Shown: piece by piece, positions 1 through 9,810 of the stretch
Layout: every line of letters starts with the position of its first letter
Position numbering within the stretch: the stretch's first letter is position 1
Notes under the pieces: model-generated
Database searches by the model: none
Told to the model about the DNA's origin: nothing
Seen by the model: only the letters and a program-made list of their open reading frames with translations
Made by a program: the position numbers and the translations under genes
IMG/VR virus record: IMGVR_UViG_3300037258_000549
Coordinates: 1-64,000 of that record
Direction: 5' to 3' (one strand)
Source: a virus
Lineage: Duplodnaviria; Heunggongvirae; Uroviricota; Caudoviricetes
DNA: 64,000 nucleotides

Positions 1-1320
1 AGGGCAGGCGGGACTGGGACCGGGGCGGAAAGTCGGTGTGGAACGGGCTGGGCAGGGGCGGGTCGGCCAGGCAAGTCGGTGTGAGATGGGTTGATTGGAG
101 GCGATCAGGGCTGGCAAGTCGGTATGGTGCGGCCAGGAACGTGATGGGTCGAGACGTCGGTGTGGGTCGGGACGAAGCGGTACGGGGTGGGTAGTCGGCC
201 TGGGGCGGGTCGGCTGGGTCTGGGCGGGGCTGGATGGTGTAGTCGTACGGGCTGGCTCGGATTGGGCTGGGTAGGGCAGGTAAGTCGGGGTGGTGCGGAC
301 GGGAACGGAATGGTAAGTCGGCGCGGGCTGGTTCGGTGCGTGATGATCCGGGAAGTCGGTAGGGGCCGGGCGGGGTAGGGGCGGATCGGGGTGGCTTGTC
401 GGTATGGAACGGACGGGGCAGGTATGGCAAGTCAGTACGGGGCGGGGCGGACCGGGGTGGCTTGTCGGCAGCGGCCAGGCAGGGGCGTTTCGGCTCGTCG
501 GTGTGGGGTGGGTTGGGCTGGGTTGGGTGGTCGGGGCCGGTTGGCTTGTCGGCAGGAGGGGGCTGGTGTGGTGCGGCTTGTCGGCTCGGCGCGGACCTGG
601 GGTGACGTGGTTCGCTTGGGATGGCTCGGCTAGTCGGGCAGGTGGGGGTCGGACGGGGGTGGCGTGGCTCGTCGGGGAGGTGAGGCTTGCTGCGGGCCGG
701 GCTGGCGTGGCGAGTCACGGGTGCGGACGGGTTTGGGTTGGTAAGTCGGTGCGGGCAGGTGAGGCACGAGGTGGCCTGTCGGCTTGGCCTGGGGCGGCGC
801 GTGATGGACGGGCGTGTCGGCCTGGGCTGGAGTGTAATGGACTGGCGCGTCGGCGGGGGCCGGGTAGGGGTGGGTCGAGACGGTTCGTCGACGTGGGAAG
901 GAGTGAAGCGGTGTGGGCGGGACAGAGCTGGGTGGTCGGTGTGGCCTGGCGGGGGCTGAGGCGGGTTGGGCTGTGAAGGATAGTCGGTACGGTGCGGTTC
1001 GGGCTGGAGCGGGTTGTCGGTGTGGCCTGGCGGGGGCTGAGGCGGGTTGGGCTGTGAAGGGTAGTCGGTGCGGGCAGGTGAGGCACGGGGTGGCATGAGA
1101 AGTCGGTACGGTGCGGTTCGGAAAGGGAGGACAAGTCGGCGGGGGAGGGATCGGGCAGTCTCGGCTCGTCGGGGAGGGGTGAGCGGGCCGGGTTTGGCTG
1201 GTGATGACAAGTTGGTGCGGGCCGGATTTGGCTGGGGTGGGATGGCCGGATGCGTCGGGTAAGCCGGACAGGTGCTGGGATGTCGGCGCGGGGAGGGCCA
1301 GGAGAAGTCGATGAGGTTTG
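1..1320. repeat. Block B1 of degenerate RGTCGGYRCGG repeats (G-rich on + strand); runs off the left edge of the window
   Basis: Dozens of GTCGG(T/C)(A/G)CGG motifs separated by GGG-rich, A/T-poor spacers. No consistent reading frame. Confidence 0.8.
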
Positions 1321-1426
1321 TGTAGCCGCCCTGATGCGGCGTAGCGGTAGCACTAGACCGTATGATACCTTCTGCTCCAGCGACCGCAAATTAGCTGTAA
1401 GGCAACAGTTGCACCCTCTCCTGCGG

Positions 1427-1441
1427 TCTGTTACAGTATAG
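1427..1441 (+). promoter_or_regulatory. Promoter-like motif TCTGTTACAGTATAG (copy a), preceded by AACAGTT
   Basis: About 36 nt upstream of the 1463 ATG. The same 15-mer family recurs at 3910, 12410, 13805, 20364, 52889 and 54263. Confidence 0.4.
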
Positions 1442-1462
1442 AACGAGCCCAAGGAGGGGAGC

Positions 1463-2173
1463 ATGACACCATCGAGTGAGCGCGATTACCTGGACGAAGT
1501 GGCCGAGGAGGTCGCTAAGTACCTCGACGGCCACGATCACGTTATCTCAGCGGAGGCAGCCAGTGAGCTGATCGCCCGCTGGGAGGCGGAAAACCCCGGC
1601 CTGCTGATCGGCTGGCTGCGCGTCCGGGCACAGCAGGTGCTGAAGGATTACATTTACACGGTCACCCTGAGCCGGGGCGCCCGCCGCCGCGGGGAAGAGC
1701 AACGCGGCCGGTTCGCCAAGTTCGCCGATGGCTTCCACGACGCGCTGAATGAGGGAGCGGAGAAAGGGCGGGAGTTTTACCGCTACCACAGCGTGACGGA
1801 AGGAGCGCTGCTGATCAGGAAGCCACTCGGTGACCTGACCGCCAAGCAGGTCCAGGAGGTGCGTGACCGCTACCACCAGGCGGCCCGGGACAGCGGGTTC
1901 TACGCCCGGGTTTACGAGAAGGTCCGGCTGCGGGTAGTCGCAAAGGGGTCGGAGGCGGTCGTCGCTGACGTCTATACCCCGGAGCAGCTGGAGAACATGT
2001 TCAAGCGGGGGGACCGGTCGCCGCTGGTAGCGGAGGACCTCCGCGCGGCCTCCGATCGACAGCAGTCGTCGACAGGCGCCGGGGAAGCCGGGCCGCCGGC
2101 CGTTGGTGCCGGGGAAGCCGGGCCGCCGCAGCAAGACGCCGTAGCGGAAGTGCGCTTTCAGCCTGGGGTGTAA
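1463..2173 (+). CDS. Hypothetical protein
   Basis: RBS AAGGAGGGGA then ATG. GC3-rich coding. Contains an internal 30-bp tandem duplication (GAGEAGPP x2) at ~2078-2137. Confidence 0.6.
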   Translation: MTPSSERDYLDEVAEEVAKYLDGHDHVISAEAASELIARWEAENPGLLIGWLRVRAQQVLKDYIYTVTLSRGARRRGEEQRGRFAKFADGFHDALNEGAEKGREFYRYHSVTEGALLIRKPLGDLTAKQVQEVRDRYHQAARDSGFYARVYEKVRLRVVAKGSEAVVADVYTPEQLENMFKRGDRSPLVAEDLRAASDRQQSSTGAGEAGPPAVGAGEAGPPQQDAVAEVRFQPGV

Positions 2174-2257
2174 ACGGCAACCAGGGGATAAGAAAATAAG
2201 CACAGCGATGATCCGGGGAATCACCCGGGTCAGGAAAAGCACAGGAGAGCGGCAGTA

Positions 2258-2980
2258 ATGAGCAGTGGAGTGTTCGAGAAGTACAGCAATGACGCCTTCC
2301 CGTACTGGTACGCGGGTGAGCTGAAGGTCGGGATTCTCGCCGGCGGCATCCCGCAGGACCCGAACGTCGTCGAGTCGTGGATTAAGACGAAGCTGCGCGA
2401 TATCCGCAGCGACGCCGAGATCCAGGAGGTCATCGCGACCACCATGGCCGAGCTGGGCCTGGACGAGGAAGAGGCGGTTAAGAAGGCGTCGACTCAGATG
2501 GTCGGCATGAACGGCTTCAAGCGGGACGAGACGGGCCTGCTAGTGGAAGGCCGCCAGCTGAAGGCGGCAATGAAGGAAGCGGTCATGGTCGCCGCTAACG
2601 CCGGTAAGATCGAGACCGGCAAATGGGGCTCACCGGACAACGCGTCCTACAAGAAGCAAATCAAAGGATGGTTTCCGGAGCATTTCTTTATTGTTCAGGA
2701 ATACCTGCATATCTTCCGTGACGGTGAGCCGGTCAAGATTCATGACGGCGTCACGCAAAAGTTTGTCCATACGCACCGCGGCGACTCGATCTCCTACGAG
2801 CAGTACGTCAAGGATGCCATCGTGCCCTTCACTTTGAAGTCTGACTTCGAATTGAAGGAGCAACAGTGGGCAATGATCTGGCTGACTGGTCAGATGCAGG
2901 GATTTGGTGCTTCTCGGTCCCAGGAGTACGGCCGGTACGAAATGACTCGCTGGGAGCAGATTGAGCCGCAAGGGAACTGA
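2258..2980 (+). CDS. Hypothetical protein
   Basis: RBS ACAGGAGAG then ATG. 240-aa ORF followed by an intrinsic terminator. Confidence 0.6.
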   Translation: MSSGVFEKYSNDAFPYWYAGELKVGILAGGIPQDPNVVESWIKTKLRDIRSDAEIQEVIATTMAELGLDEEEAVKKASTQMVGMNGFKRDETGLLVEGRQLKAAMKEAVMVAANAGKIETGKWGSPDNASYKKQIKGWFPEHFFIVQEYLHIFRDGEPVKIHDGVTQKFVHTHRGDSISYEQYVKDAIVPFTLKSDFELKEQQWAMIWLTGQMQGFGASRSQEYGRYEMTRWEQIEPQGN

Positions 2981-3005
2981 GTTTAATCGCCGGGAATACC
3001 AAGCA

Positions 3006-3041
3006 GGCCGCGTCACCGGAATTCGGTGGCGCGGCCTTTTT
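3006..3041 (+). terminator. Rho-independent terminator
   Basis: GGCCGCGTCACCG-GAAT-TCGGTGGCGCGGCC, a 13-bp GC-rich stem, followed by TTTTT. Confidence 0.7.
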
Positions 3042-3840
3042 GCGTGGTAAGGGCGGGCTGGAGGTGGTCCGGTTAGTCGGCGTGGGACGGACAGGGCAGG
3101 CACGTCGGTACGGAGCGGTTAGTCGGCGTGGCCAGGGTGGGCGGGGGATGGTCCGGTTAGTCGGCGGGGAACGGAGGGGCGGCCTGGGTAGTCGTCGACA
3201 GGGAATGGCATGTCGGCGTGTGCTGGCCGGGGCAGGTTTGGCTTGGCACGTCGGTACGGGGTGGGACGGCTCGTAATGAGGTGGGCGGGCTTGTCGGGCG
3301 GGTCGGAAACGGGTCGGGATGCGGTGGGATGGCTTGTCGGCGGGGGCTGGGACGGGCCGATAAGGGCAGGCATGGGAAGGCCAGTCGGCGGGGGCCAGGG
3401 ATGGCAGGGGTAGTCACCGGGGTGGGCGGGGGTTGGGAGGAGCTGTCGACGGAGAGGGTCGTCCTGGATTGGGTCGGCCAGTCGGAGTGGGCAGGCACGG
3501 GGCGGACTGTGGCGGTTGGGTACGTCGGTGCGGGGCGGTGGGGTTCGGCATGGTCGGTCGGCGCAGGCAGGCACGGGGCGGACGGTCGGCGCGGGCGGGT
3601 ACGGACAGGACCGGCGAGGCTTGTCGGCAGGGGCCGGGGCGGAACGACTGGTGATGGGTTGTCGATGCGGGCTGGGGCGGATCGGAATGGTCAGTCGGCA
3701 AGGAATGGCGGGGCCAGGGACGGGAGGAGTAGTCGGCGGGGCTGGGACGGGCGGGAACGGGTCGGGATGCGGTGGGATGGCTTGTCGGGGCGGTCAGGGG
3801 CGGGTCGGGCTGTAAAGGAGTGGATCGTCGGTCAAAGCTT
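3042..3840. repeat. Block B2 of RGTCGGYRCGG repeats (G-rich on + strand)
   Basis: Same motif family as B1. Starts immediately after the terminator and ends in the conserved boundary followed by the 3910 motif. Confidence 0.8.
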
Positions 3841-3909
3841 GGTTTGGTTTGGTTAGCCGTCACATTCAGGCGTCATTTTTAAAGTATCATGAACGCTGGC
3901 GTATTGGAG

Positions 3910-3924
3910 TCTCTTGCAGTATAG
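3910..3924 (+). promoter_or_regulatory. Promoter-like motif TCTCTTGCAGTATAG (copy b)
   Basis: Member of the conserved 15-mer family. Lies in an AT-richer spacer upstream of the 3972 gene. Confidence 0.4.
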
Positions 3925-3971
3925 TAAAGAGGTCCCCCGGATAACCAGGGGCACAACGACGGGAATCACCA

Positions 3972-4346
3972 GTGCGAGTTACTACGGTCGCTGCGGCTGC
4001 TGCTGCAGCTGGACTTATCACCCTAGCGGTCGGCTGCGGGCCGGGCGGCAGTACGCTGACCGCGGGCGCCGTCGCAGGCAGCACTACCCGGGTTTCGTTC
4101 GGCGCGCAGGCCGTCGGGGCGGACCCGTACCGGACAGCAGCTCAGCAGCTCATTAAGCCGTGCTTTACCGCTACGCACCTGGTGGCAGCCCGGTCGTGCA
4201 TTGCGGGCAAGGTAGCGCCGACTGAGCGCAAGGCGCTCACGGACTGCCTGACTACTAAGGTAGCGGGCTCGGTCGGTAAGCGGGGTGCCTCGGCTGCGTT
4301 TAAGACGGGCGCTGAGACGTGCACCGCGACAGCGCTGCGGTCATGA
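3972..4346 (+). CDS. Putative lipoprotein
   Basis: GTG start. N-terminal Ala-run signal peptide with an LAVGC lipobox. Confidence 0.5.
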   Translation: MRVTTVAAAAAAAGLITLAVGCGPGGSTLTAGAVAGSTTRVSFGAQAVGADPYRTAAQQLIKPCFTATHLVAARSCIAGKVAPTERKALTDCLTTKVAGSVGKRGASAAFKTGAETCTATALRS

Positions 4347-4552
4347 TTCGGCAGCACGGTGAAAGGCCGGTTTACGCCGCGCCCGCCACCACCACGGTCA
4401 CTATTACCGCTCAGGTCGACGTGGCGGCGCTGGCGGTCGCAGTGGCGTTCGGTGTCATTGTCGGCCTGCTGACCGCAGTGCCCTGGTGGGCGATAGCGCC
4501 CGGCGCCCTGGCGGCCTACTTCTTCTTTCGCTTTGTCGGGCGGCAGGCATGA
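4343..4552 (+). CDS. Small membrane protein
   Basis: ATGA start/stop overlap with the upstream gene. Hydrophobic TM segment (AVAFGVIVGLLTAVPWWAIAPGALAAYFFF). Confidence 0.45.
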   Translation: MIRQHGERPVYAAPATTTVTITAQVDVAALAVAVAFGVIVGLLTAVPWWAIAPGALAAYFFFRFVGRQA

Positions 4553-4851
4553 GACGGGCGCGCAATCACAGCGCCCCGTTCCCGCCATCCGGGCCACTAA
4601 GTGCGGGTCACCAGCTGCACGACCGCGAGCGCGGGCTCCCCTGGCAGGACGATCACGGGTTTCTTGGCCCGGAGGAAGCAGCCAAGCACGCGATCGTGGT
4701 GCAGGGCGGATTCAGCACACCGCCGATTGAGGCGTACCGGATGATTCGTGACGGCGGGGTGATGCGCGAGCGCGCGCTGGCCTGGCTGGGCGAGCACGGC
4801 CTGGACCCGGCTGACCCGCGCGAGGGCAAGGATACGCCGTGGCCACGATGA
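4549..4851 (+). CDS. Hypothetical protein
   Basis: ATGA overlap start. GC3-rich. Confidence 0.45.
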   Translation: MRRARNHSAPFPPSGPLSAGHQLHDRERGLPWQDDHGFLGPEEAAKHAIVVQGGFSTPPIEAYRMIRDGGVMRERALAWLGEHGLDPADPREGKDTPWPR

Positions 4852-5036
4852 CAAAGGACGCGTTCATCAAGGAAGTCGCGCAGCTGCTCGCCGGACTCCA
4901 GGTGCCTATATCACTAAAGTTGCCGCTCGGGGCAGCGGCCCCCGCCTGGACACAGCTGCACCGCGGCTTGTATGGCTTTGGCTGGGCGAGCGCCGACGAC
5001 TACGAGGCGCGCATCAACGAGGTGCTGGAACCGTGA
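4848..5036 (+). CDS. Hypothetical protein
   Basis: ATGA overlap start (alternative GTG at 4839). Confidence 0.4.
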   Translation: MTKDAFIKEVAQLLAGLQVPISLKLPLGAAAPAWTQLHRGLYGFGWASADDYEARINEVLEP

Positions 5037-5275
5037 CCCGGCCGCAGTGCTGGGATAACGGGGAACTTGATGCACTGGAGCTAGGCGAGCGGGTGGCTGA
5101 TTGCTTGTTCGCAGAGAACTTGAGCGCGGTGTACCCGAGCGCTGGGGATCGCACCCGGAGCATGGTGCTGCACCTGTTCGGCTTTGTCACCGTGGCCGCG
5201 GATGACGCCGGGCGGGAAGTACCGGATGACTGGCGGCCGACCTTCGACAAGTACGGGAGGTGGCAGTTGCCATGA
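5033..5275 (+). CDS. Hypothetical protein
   Basis: GTGA overlap start. Confidence 0.45.
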   Translation: MTRPQCWDNGELDALELGERVADCLFAENLSAVYPSAGDRTRSMVLHLFGFVTVAADDAGREVPDDWRPTFDKYGRWQLP

Positions 5276-5499
5276 TAACGAGGGAGCTGCTGCGTCTGGC
5301 AGCGGACGCGCTGGATAACGGCGTTGATCCGTTCAGTAGTGTTTTCCTGGGTGATCATGAGGTTACTTCTGACCAGTGTTTTTCCCTGGCGCAGCAGCTA
5401 GCCGTCGGGGCCAGGGTGGTGGCAGCGGGCATCGAGAGCCCGACGTCAGTGCAGGGCATTGCAATGCTGCTGGCCATCGGGGAAAGCGCGCTGCGATGA
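5272..5499 (+). CDS. Hypothetical protein
   Basis: ATGA overlap start. Confidence 0.45.
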   Translation: MITRELLRLAADALDNGVDPFSSVFLGDHEVTSDQCFSLAQQLAVGARVVAAGIESPTSVQGIAMLLAIGESALR

Positions 5500-5651
5500 C
5501 TAGGTGCAAACGAGCGACAGGCGCCGCCGCGGCTGCTAACCTAGCGGGGCAGTACACACGCGAGAGCGCACGTCTGCAGAAGATGCGCGGAGTCCCGCCT
5601 TGGCTGTCGCAGACCAGGGTGGGGCTTTGCATCCCTGGGGCCGTGTCATGA
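5496..5651 (+). CDS. Small hypothetical protein
   Basis: ATGA overlap start. 51 aa. Confidence 0.3.
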   Translation: MTRCKRATGAAAAANLAGQYTRESARLQKMRGVPPWLSQTRVGLCIPGAVS

Positions 5652-6535
5652 CCATCCCGGTGGCAGTGCCTCGCGAGATCCCGGTGAACGGTAGAGTTAT
5701 CACGTTCCGCCGGGAGCAGATGCTGGGCTGGTCAGTGATTGCCGGGTTCGCCGGGGCCTGCCTCGCGGCCGGCGTGTACCTGCTGTGGCTAGAAGTTGAC
5801 TGGCATATTCATCTGGGCAGCTTCAACCACGGTTCCTCGTTGAAGCTGTGGTGGGATAACCTGTTCAGTTTCAAGAGCTGGGTGCTGTACCGGCACGGGC
5901 TGCGTGACCTGGGCGAGCCGGCCGCGGCGGTGATCGGCGTCAAGACACTGCTTACTAAACCGAGATGGTGGACGTTCCGGGCAAGCACCGGGCAGCTGCT
6001 GGCCATTACGGCACTGCTGGCGGTATCGGCGGTCGCGCTGATCGTCGGCGGCATGTGGCTGATCAACTTCGGGCTGCCGGACGCCTGGCACTGGGCATTC
6101 GGCTCGTACCGGGTCACCGGCCCCGGCTGGATTGCGCATTCATCCTGGGAGAACCTGGCACTCGGGCTGCTGGTCATCGGCCCGGTACTGCACTACATCT
6201 GGGCGCCGGCCGGCGCGACCTTGCAGGGCTACCAGATCGACGCGGCGGTCGACCGGACGCTGCGTACCGGGCACTTCCCGCTGTGGGTTGACTTCCCGGT
6301 GGTACCCCCGGTGATCCGTGAGCGGTACAGCTGGGACCTGGCCCGGCAGAAAGAGCGCATCCTGCGTGAGTCGCACGGGGTGATGCAGCCGGGTCAGCGC
6401 CGCCGCCGGACGAGCCGTAGCACCCGGGTCCTGGTAGCCGTCTTGGTTACCGTCGGCGTGCTCGTCACCGCGGTCGGCGTGATCGCTAAATTCTGGATTG
6501 CCACCCATCATGGTTTTTGGTACTTGACGCCATGA
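5648..6535 (+). CDS. Polytopic membrane protein
   Basis: ATGA overlap start. Several hydrophobic segments. Confidence 0.55.
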   Translation: MTIPVAVPREIPVNGRVITFRREQMLGWSVIAGFAGACLAAGVYLLWLEVDWHIHLGSFNHGSSLKLWWDNLFSFKSWVLYRHGLRDLGEPAAAVIGVKTLLTKPRWWTFRASTGQLLAITALLAVSAVALIVGGMWLINFGLPDAWHWAFGSYRVTGPGWIAHSSWENLALGLLVIGPVLHYIWAPAGATLQGYQIDAAVDRTLRTGHFPLWVDFPVVPPVIRERYSWDLARQKERILRESHGVMQPGQRRRRTSRSTRVLVAVLVTVGVLVTAVGVIAKFWIATHHGFWYLTP

Positions 6536-7020
6536 CCGGCGAAAGCAGTAAGCCACTAGGGGAGCAGCACCCGCCAGGCATTAGCTCCGATTCCGTGCGC
6601 CAGCGTATTACCACCGGGTTTGCGACGCGGGAGATGTTTGAAGCGTACCGCGGCTGGCTGGAGTCCGGTGTGGCACATGAGGCGTTCGGCAACTGGGCTG
6701 ATGGTAGAGGCGTTGAGCACGAGCAGGAACGTGTTAATCGCCGAAGTATGCGACGCTGCCCGTGCAGTGTCATCAGGGAACCGCATGCGTACGGTGATCA
6801 CGAGGAGAAACAAGGAGATCACATGCCGACAGGTAGTTTGTGTGAGTTTGAGCGCGGTAACGCGACCGTCTGTGCAGACACGGCTGACTGGCGGGTCAGC
6901 GTTGGTACCCGGGCAGCGGACGCACAACTGACCTGTGGTACGCACCTAGCTGAGACGTGCATGGCAATGTACGAGGCCGAGGGGCGCAGGGGAGTAGTTC
7001 TGCAGGTGATGTTGCCGTGA
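6532..7020 (+). CDS. Hypothetical protein
   Basis: ATGA overlap start. Confidence 0.5.
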   Translation: MTGESSKPLGEQHPPGISSDSVRQRITTGFATREMFEAYRGWLESGVAHEAFGNWADGRGVEHEQERVNRRSMRRCPCSVIREPHAYGDHEEKQGDHMPTGSLCEFERGNATVCADTADWRVSVGTRAADAQLTCGTHLAETCMAMYEAEGRRGVVLQVMLP

Positions 7021-7238
7021 ATGAGGATATCGACTTCGCCCCGTTCATCGCGTCGCACCCGGCGATGTGGAGTGCGATGGCTGAGCAAGGCTGGAACTCA
7101 CTGGACGGGCTGCAAGCGCCGGTACTTGGTGGCTACGGGACTGGCTGGGCAGCGCTGCTGGAGCTGCCGCACGTTGGCCCGCGGCGGGTACTTGACCTGG
7201 TGAACTTCATCCGCGATCACGGGGTAGAGCTGCCCTGA
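7017..7238 (+). CDS. Hypothetical protein
   Basis: GTGA overlap start. Confidence 0.4.
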   Translation: MNEDIDFAPFIASHPAMWSAMAEQGWNSLDGLQAPVLGGYGTGWAALLELPHVGPRRVLDLVNFIRDHGVELP

Positions 7239-7325
7239 TTCGCTGACTGGGACTTGTTCAGCGCGAGCTGGACGTACTTGGAGGGCTGTCGCCGGGCGGA
7301 CCCGGTAAAAGAGGGGTGAATTTCC

Positions 7326-7649
7326 GTGGGTGACGTGATTTTGCTGTTCGTCGCCTTCGTTGTCGTGCTGGTCGGCGCAGTGCCCGTCATGCTGACCGTG
7401 CGCGCGGCCCGGCGCAAACGGGCACTCGAACCCCGGATCAGGGAAAAGCGCATCCGCGCGGAAAACGAGTACCTGGACCGCTATCTTGCCCGCCTCGACC
7501 AGGCCGAGGACGGGACTGAGATCGACTGCCTGGAAGAAGAAAAGGACGATCGCAAGTGGCTCAGTTTATCTTCGCCATCATTTTCTGGCTCGCGGCGGTT
7601 ATCGCGGTGCTCTATGGTGTTTTCCTCGCGGAAGGCAACCGGGGCCTAG
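7326..7649 (+). CDS. Small membrane protein
   Basis: GTG start. N-terminal TM helix followed by a charged coiled region. Its 3' end overlaps the next gene. Confidence 0.4.
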   Translation: MGDVILLFVAFVVVLVGAVPVMLTVRAARRKRALEPRIREKRIRAENEYLDRYLARLDQAEDGTEIDCLEEEKDDRKWLSLSSPSFSGSRRLSRCSMVFSSRKATGA

Positions 7650-8473
7650 TGATCACTGCCAGTGTCATCGCGGCCTTGCTCGGCTTCGGCCTGTTCGCCT
7701 GGGGCGGGGTCAAGTCCGTTCCGGTGAAGAACATCGGCATCCCGCAGTCGTTCGGGGCTATCGGGAGCAGCGTGTACCAGCCGGGGGCACATGAGACCTG
7801 GACGCCGTGGATGTCGATCACCGATATCAACGAGACTATCCAGACTACTACCTTCGAGGACAAGGGGAATGACAACGGTACCTCGTGCAATGGCGGCCTC
7901 CCGGTGCGGATCGGTGGCCAGCAGACCGCTTGCGCGGACGTTACCATCCAGTGGCAGATCCGGCCGCAGGCGGCGGCGTCGCTGTTCAGTGACTACGCCA
8001 ACCAGGGCAATTTCATGGCGGAGATCACTAACGCGGTGGTCGTCCGGGAACTGAAGCAGGTGGTCAACAACGACCTGGGTGACTATAACCCGATTACTGA
8101 CGTGCAGGCCGTCACCAGCACTGGGACGCAGACCAGCCAGTTCACCACGCTCGGTCCGAAGATCCTCAGCGACATGAAGGCCGATATCGGCAACCGGGTG
8201 AACATCCTGACGCTGCTGCTCCCGCAGCTGCACTACGCGACGCCGCTAGAAAACAAGCTGTCCGGCATCCAGCAGTCTTACGCTGACTTCGCTGTCGCGC
8301 AGGAGAACGTCAAGGTGGCGCAGCAGGAGCAGCTGGCGCTGGTTGCGCTTAAGAACCCGTCGCTGAACCAGCTGATCGCGCAGTGCCTGGTGGACAGCAA
8401 GACGGATACCAATCTTCAGTGTATCCCGGGAGCGACAAGCAACCTGCAGCTGTCAGGAGGCGCTGCGAAGTAA
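7556..8473 (+). CDS. Membrane protein, possibly SPFH/band-7-like
   Basis: Two N-terminal TM helices followed by a ~250-aa soluble domain. Confidence 0.5.
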   Translation: MAQFIFAIIFWLAAVIAVLYGVFLAEGNRGLVITASVIAALLGFGLFAWGGVKSVPVKNIGIPQSFGAIGSSVYQPGAHETWTPWMSITDINETIQTTTFEDKGNDNGTSCNGGLPVRIGGQQTACADVTIQWQIRPQAAASLFSDYANQGNFMAEITNAVVVRELKQVVNNDLGDYNPITDVQAVTSTGTQTSQFTTLGPKILSDMKADIGNRVNILTLLLPQLHYATPLENKLSGIQQSYADFAVAQENVKVAQQEQLALVALKNPSLNQLIAQCLVDSKTDTNLQCIPGATSNLQLSGGAAK

Positions 8474-8487
8474 CCCGGGAAAAAGAC

Positions 8488-8517
8488 TTGACCGGGTGAG
8501 CAGTAAGCCGTTACGGT
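8488..8517 (+). promoter_or_regulatory. Candidate sigma-70-like promoter for the ncRNA array
   Basis: TTGACC, 18-nt spacer, TACGGT (TAnnnT class). Directly upstream of the first repeat unit. Confidence 0.3.
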
Positions 8518-8552
8518 TGGTCTTGCTTAAGAGAGGCCTCCGGTCGGGCAAC

Positions 8553-8719
8553 GGGCCGGAAGAGAATCGGTTATCCATGCGGAGGACGAGGTCGCGGGGT
8601 GCAACTCCTCGCCACCTGGGTTAATCTCAGGTGTAGCTCAGCACAGAGCGCGTAAACCCCGGTTTTCATACACATGCCCGTTGCTCGACCAGGCTGATTT
8701 TGATAACTACATAGCTGGC
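8553..8719 (+). ncRNA. Y-RNA-like module 1
   Basis: Conserved 23-mer, GGTGCAACTCC T-arm-like segment, GGTGTAGCTCAGCACAGAGCGC D-arm-like segment. Confidence 0.35.
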
Positions 8720-8885
8720 GGGCCGGACGAGAATCGGTTATCGCCTTACAAGCGAGTGGTTGCAGGTTCAAGTCCTGTCATCCGGGAGAAATTTTGGGTG
8801 TAGCTCAAATGGCAGAGCGCTTAAACCCGGTTTTCACTCACACGCCTGCCAGTCTTACGACAATTACATAGACTATATAGCAAAC
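8720..8885 (+). ncRNA. Y-RNA-like module 2
   Basis: Conserved 23-mer. T-arm GCAGG-TTCAAGT-CCTGT, then TCATCCGGG pairing with the CCGGACGA of the 23-mer as an acceptor-like stem. D-arm-like segment. Confidence 0.4.
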
Positions 8886-9042
8886 GGGCCGGACGAGAAT
8901 CGGTTACCCACATTTAATGGAGAAGGCGCGAGGGTGTAAGTCCCTCGCCACCTGGAGGTAGACGGGTGTAGCTCAGGACAGAGCGCTTAAACCCCGGTAC
9001 TCACTAACATGCCCGTCTGCTTAACAACTGCACAGCGCTAGC
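8886..9042 (+). ncRNA. Y-RNA-like module 3
   Basis: Conserved 23-mer. T-arm-like GAGGG-TGTAAGT-CCCTC. Hairpin GACGGGT...GCCCGTC enclosing the D-arm-like segment. Confidence 0.35.
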
Positions 9043-9461
9043 GGGCCGGAATCGGTCGGTTACCCTTCAAACAGCACACTCGGTCGGTGTACCCACGCCC
9101 GCTAGCCCATAATTACATAGGAAGCCTGGCGGGCCGGACGAGGATCGGTTATCGATGGTTCGACTCCACCTGCTGGTGTCACAGCTGGCAAAGCCCGATG
9201 GCGGGCACTGCTCTCGTTTAGACGGGAGTTTTCCCCGGTACTCAAGGACCCATGCCTGCCAGGCTTCACCGTAGTGTCGGCCTCTTCAATAAGTCCTTCG
9301 CACGGCGGAGTGCACCCAACCGGGAGGCCGATGGTTAAGGGGCACACGACGGCTCGCGGGCCGGATAACGGTCGGTTATCTCCCTTTCAACAGAGAACAC
9401 AACCCGGCAGTCGGTTACACGCCCGCGAGCCTTCTTTTACGCCACATCAGACAGGATCATC

Positions 9462-9809
9462 ATGAGTGACTGCACTCCCCGGCGGCGCTACGCCGAGCGG
9501 GAGGCGGCCGAGCAAGCTAAGGCTGCAGCTGTGGAGGCAGCCCGGTGGAAGGACCCGTTTACCCCGCTGGAACGATGGTTCTCCCGGCTGCCGAATACCT
9601 TTCTGGAAGAGAAGTGCCATTGCGGGTCGGGTAAGCCGCTCCTGTACTGGTCGCCGGAGGATGGCGACGGCTGCAAGGATTGCGCTGGGTCACTGCATGT
9701 ATATATTCCTGAAGCAGTGATGTACAACGTAATGGATAAGTTTGGTATTACCGGGGACGTCCGGGCGCAGGTTTATGCTCAGATCGAGAAGTCGCGAGAG
9801 GAGAGGTAG
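9462..9809 (+). CDS. Cys-rich hypothetical protein
   Basis: RBS and ATG. CHCGSG...CKDC motif. Confidence 0.5.
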   Translation: MSDCTPRRRYAEREAAEQAKAAAVEAARWKDPFTPLERWFSRLPNTFLEEKCHCGSGKPLLYWSPEDGDGCKDCAGSLHVYIPEAVMYNVMDKFGITGDVRAQVYAQIEKSREER

Positions 9810-9810
9810 C

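Larger units (their letters stand above)
8553..9445 (+). repeat. Tandem array of ~6 Y-RNA-like (YrlA-like), tRNA-mimicking modules; units start near 8553, 8720, 8886, 9043, 9131 and 9358
   Basis: Each unit begins with the conserved 23-mer GGGCCGGACGAGAATCGGTTATC, followed by a T-arm-like hairpin and a D-arm-like segment. No ORFs in the region. Sits immediately upstream of the Ro60-like gene. Confidence 0.7.

Noticed and set aside
715-1464. Proline-rich - strand ORFs inside the G-rich blocks (e.g. 715-1464, 3414-3863, 13324-13764, 53852-54691, 56489-57074)
   Set aside because: C-rich sequence lacks stop codons in every frame, so long ORFs are expected by chance. Several frames are open simultaneously. 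The same DNA repeat is translated in different frames, and some ORFs run through the promoter-like motif.
8553-9445. Canonical tRNA gene cluster
   Set aside because: The units lack an anticodon arm. They share a strictly conserved 23-nt module atypical for tRNA arrays. Interpreted as Y-RNA-like tRNA mimics instead.
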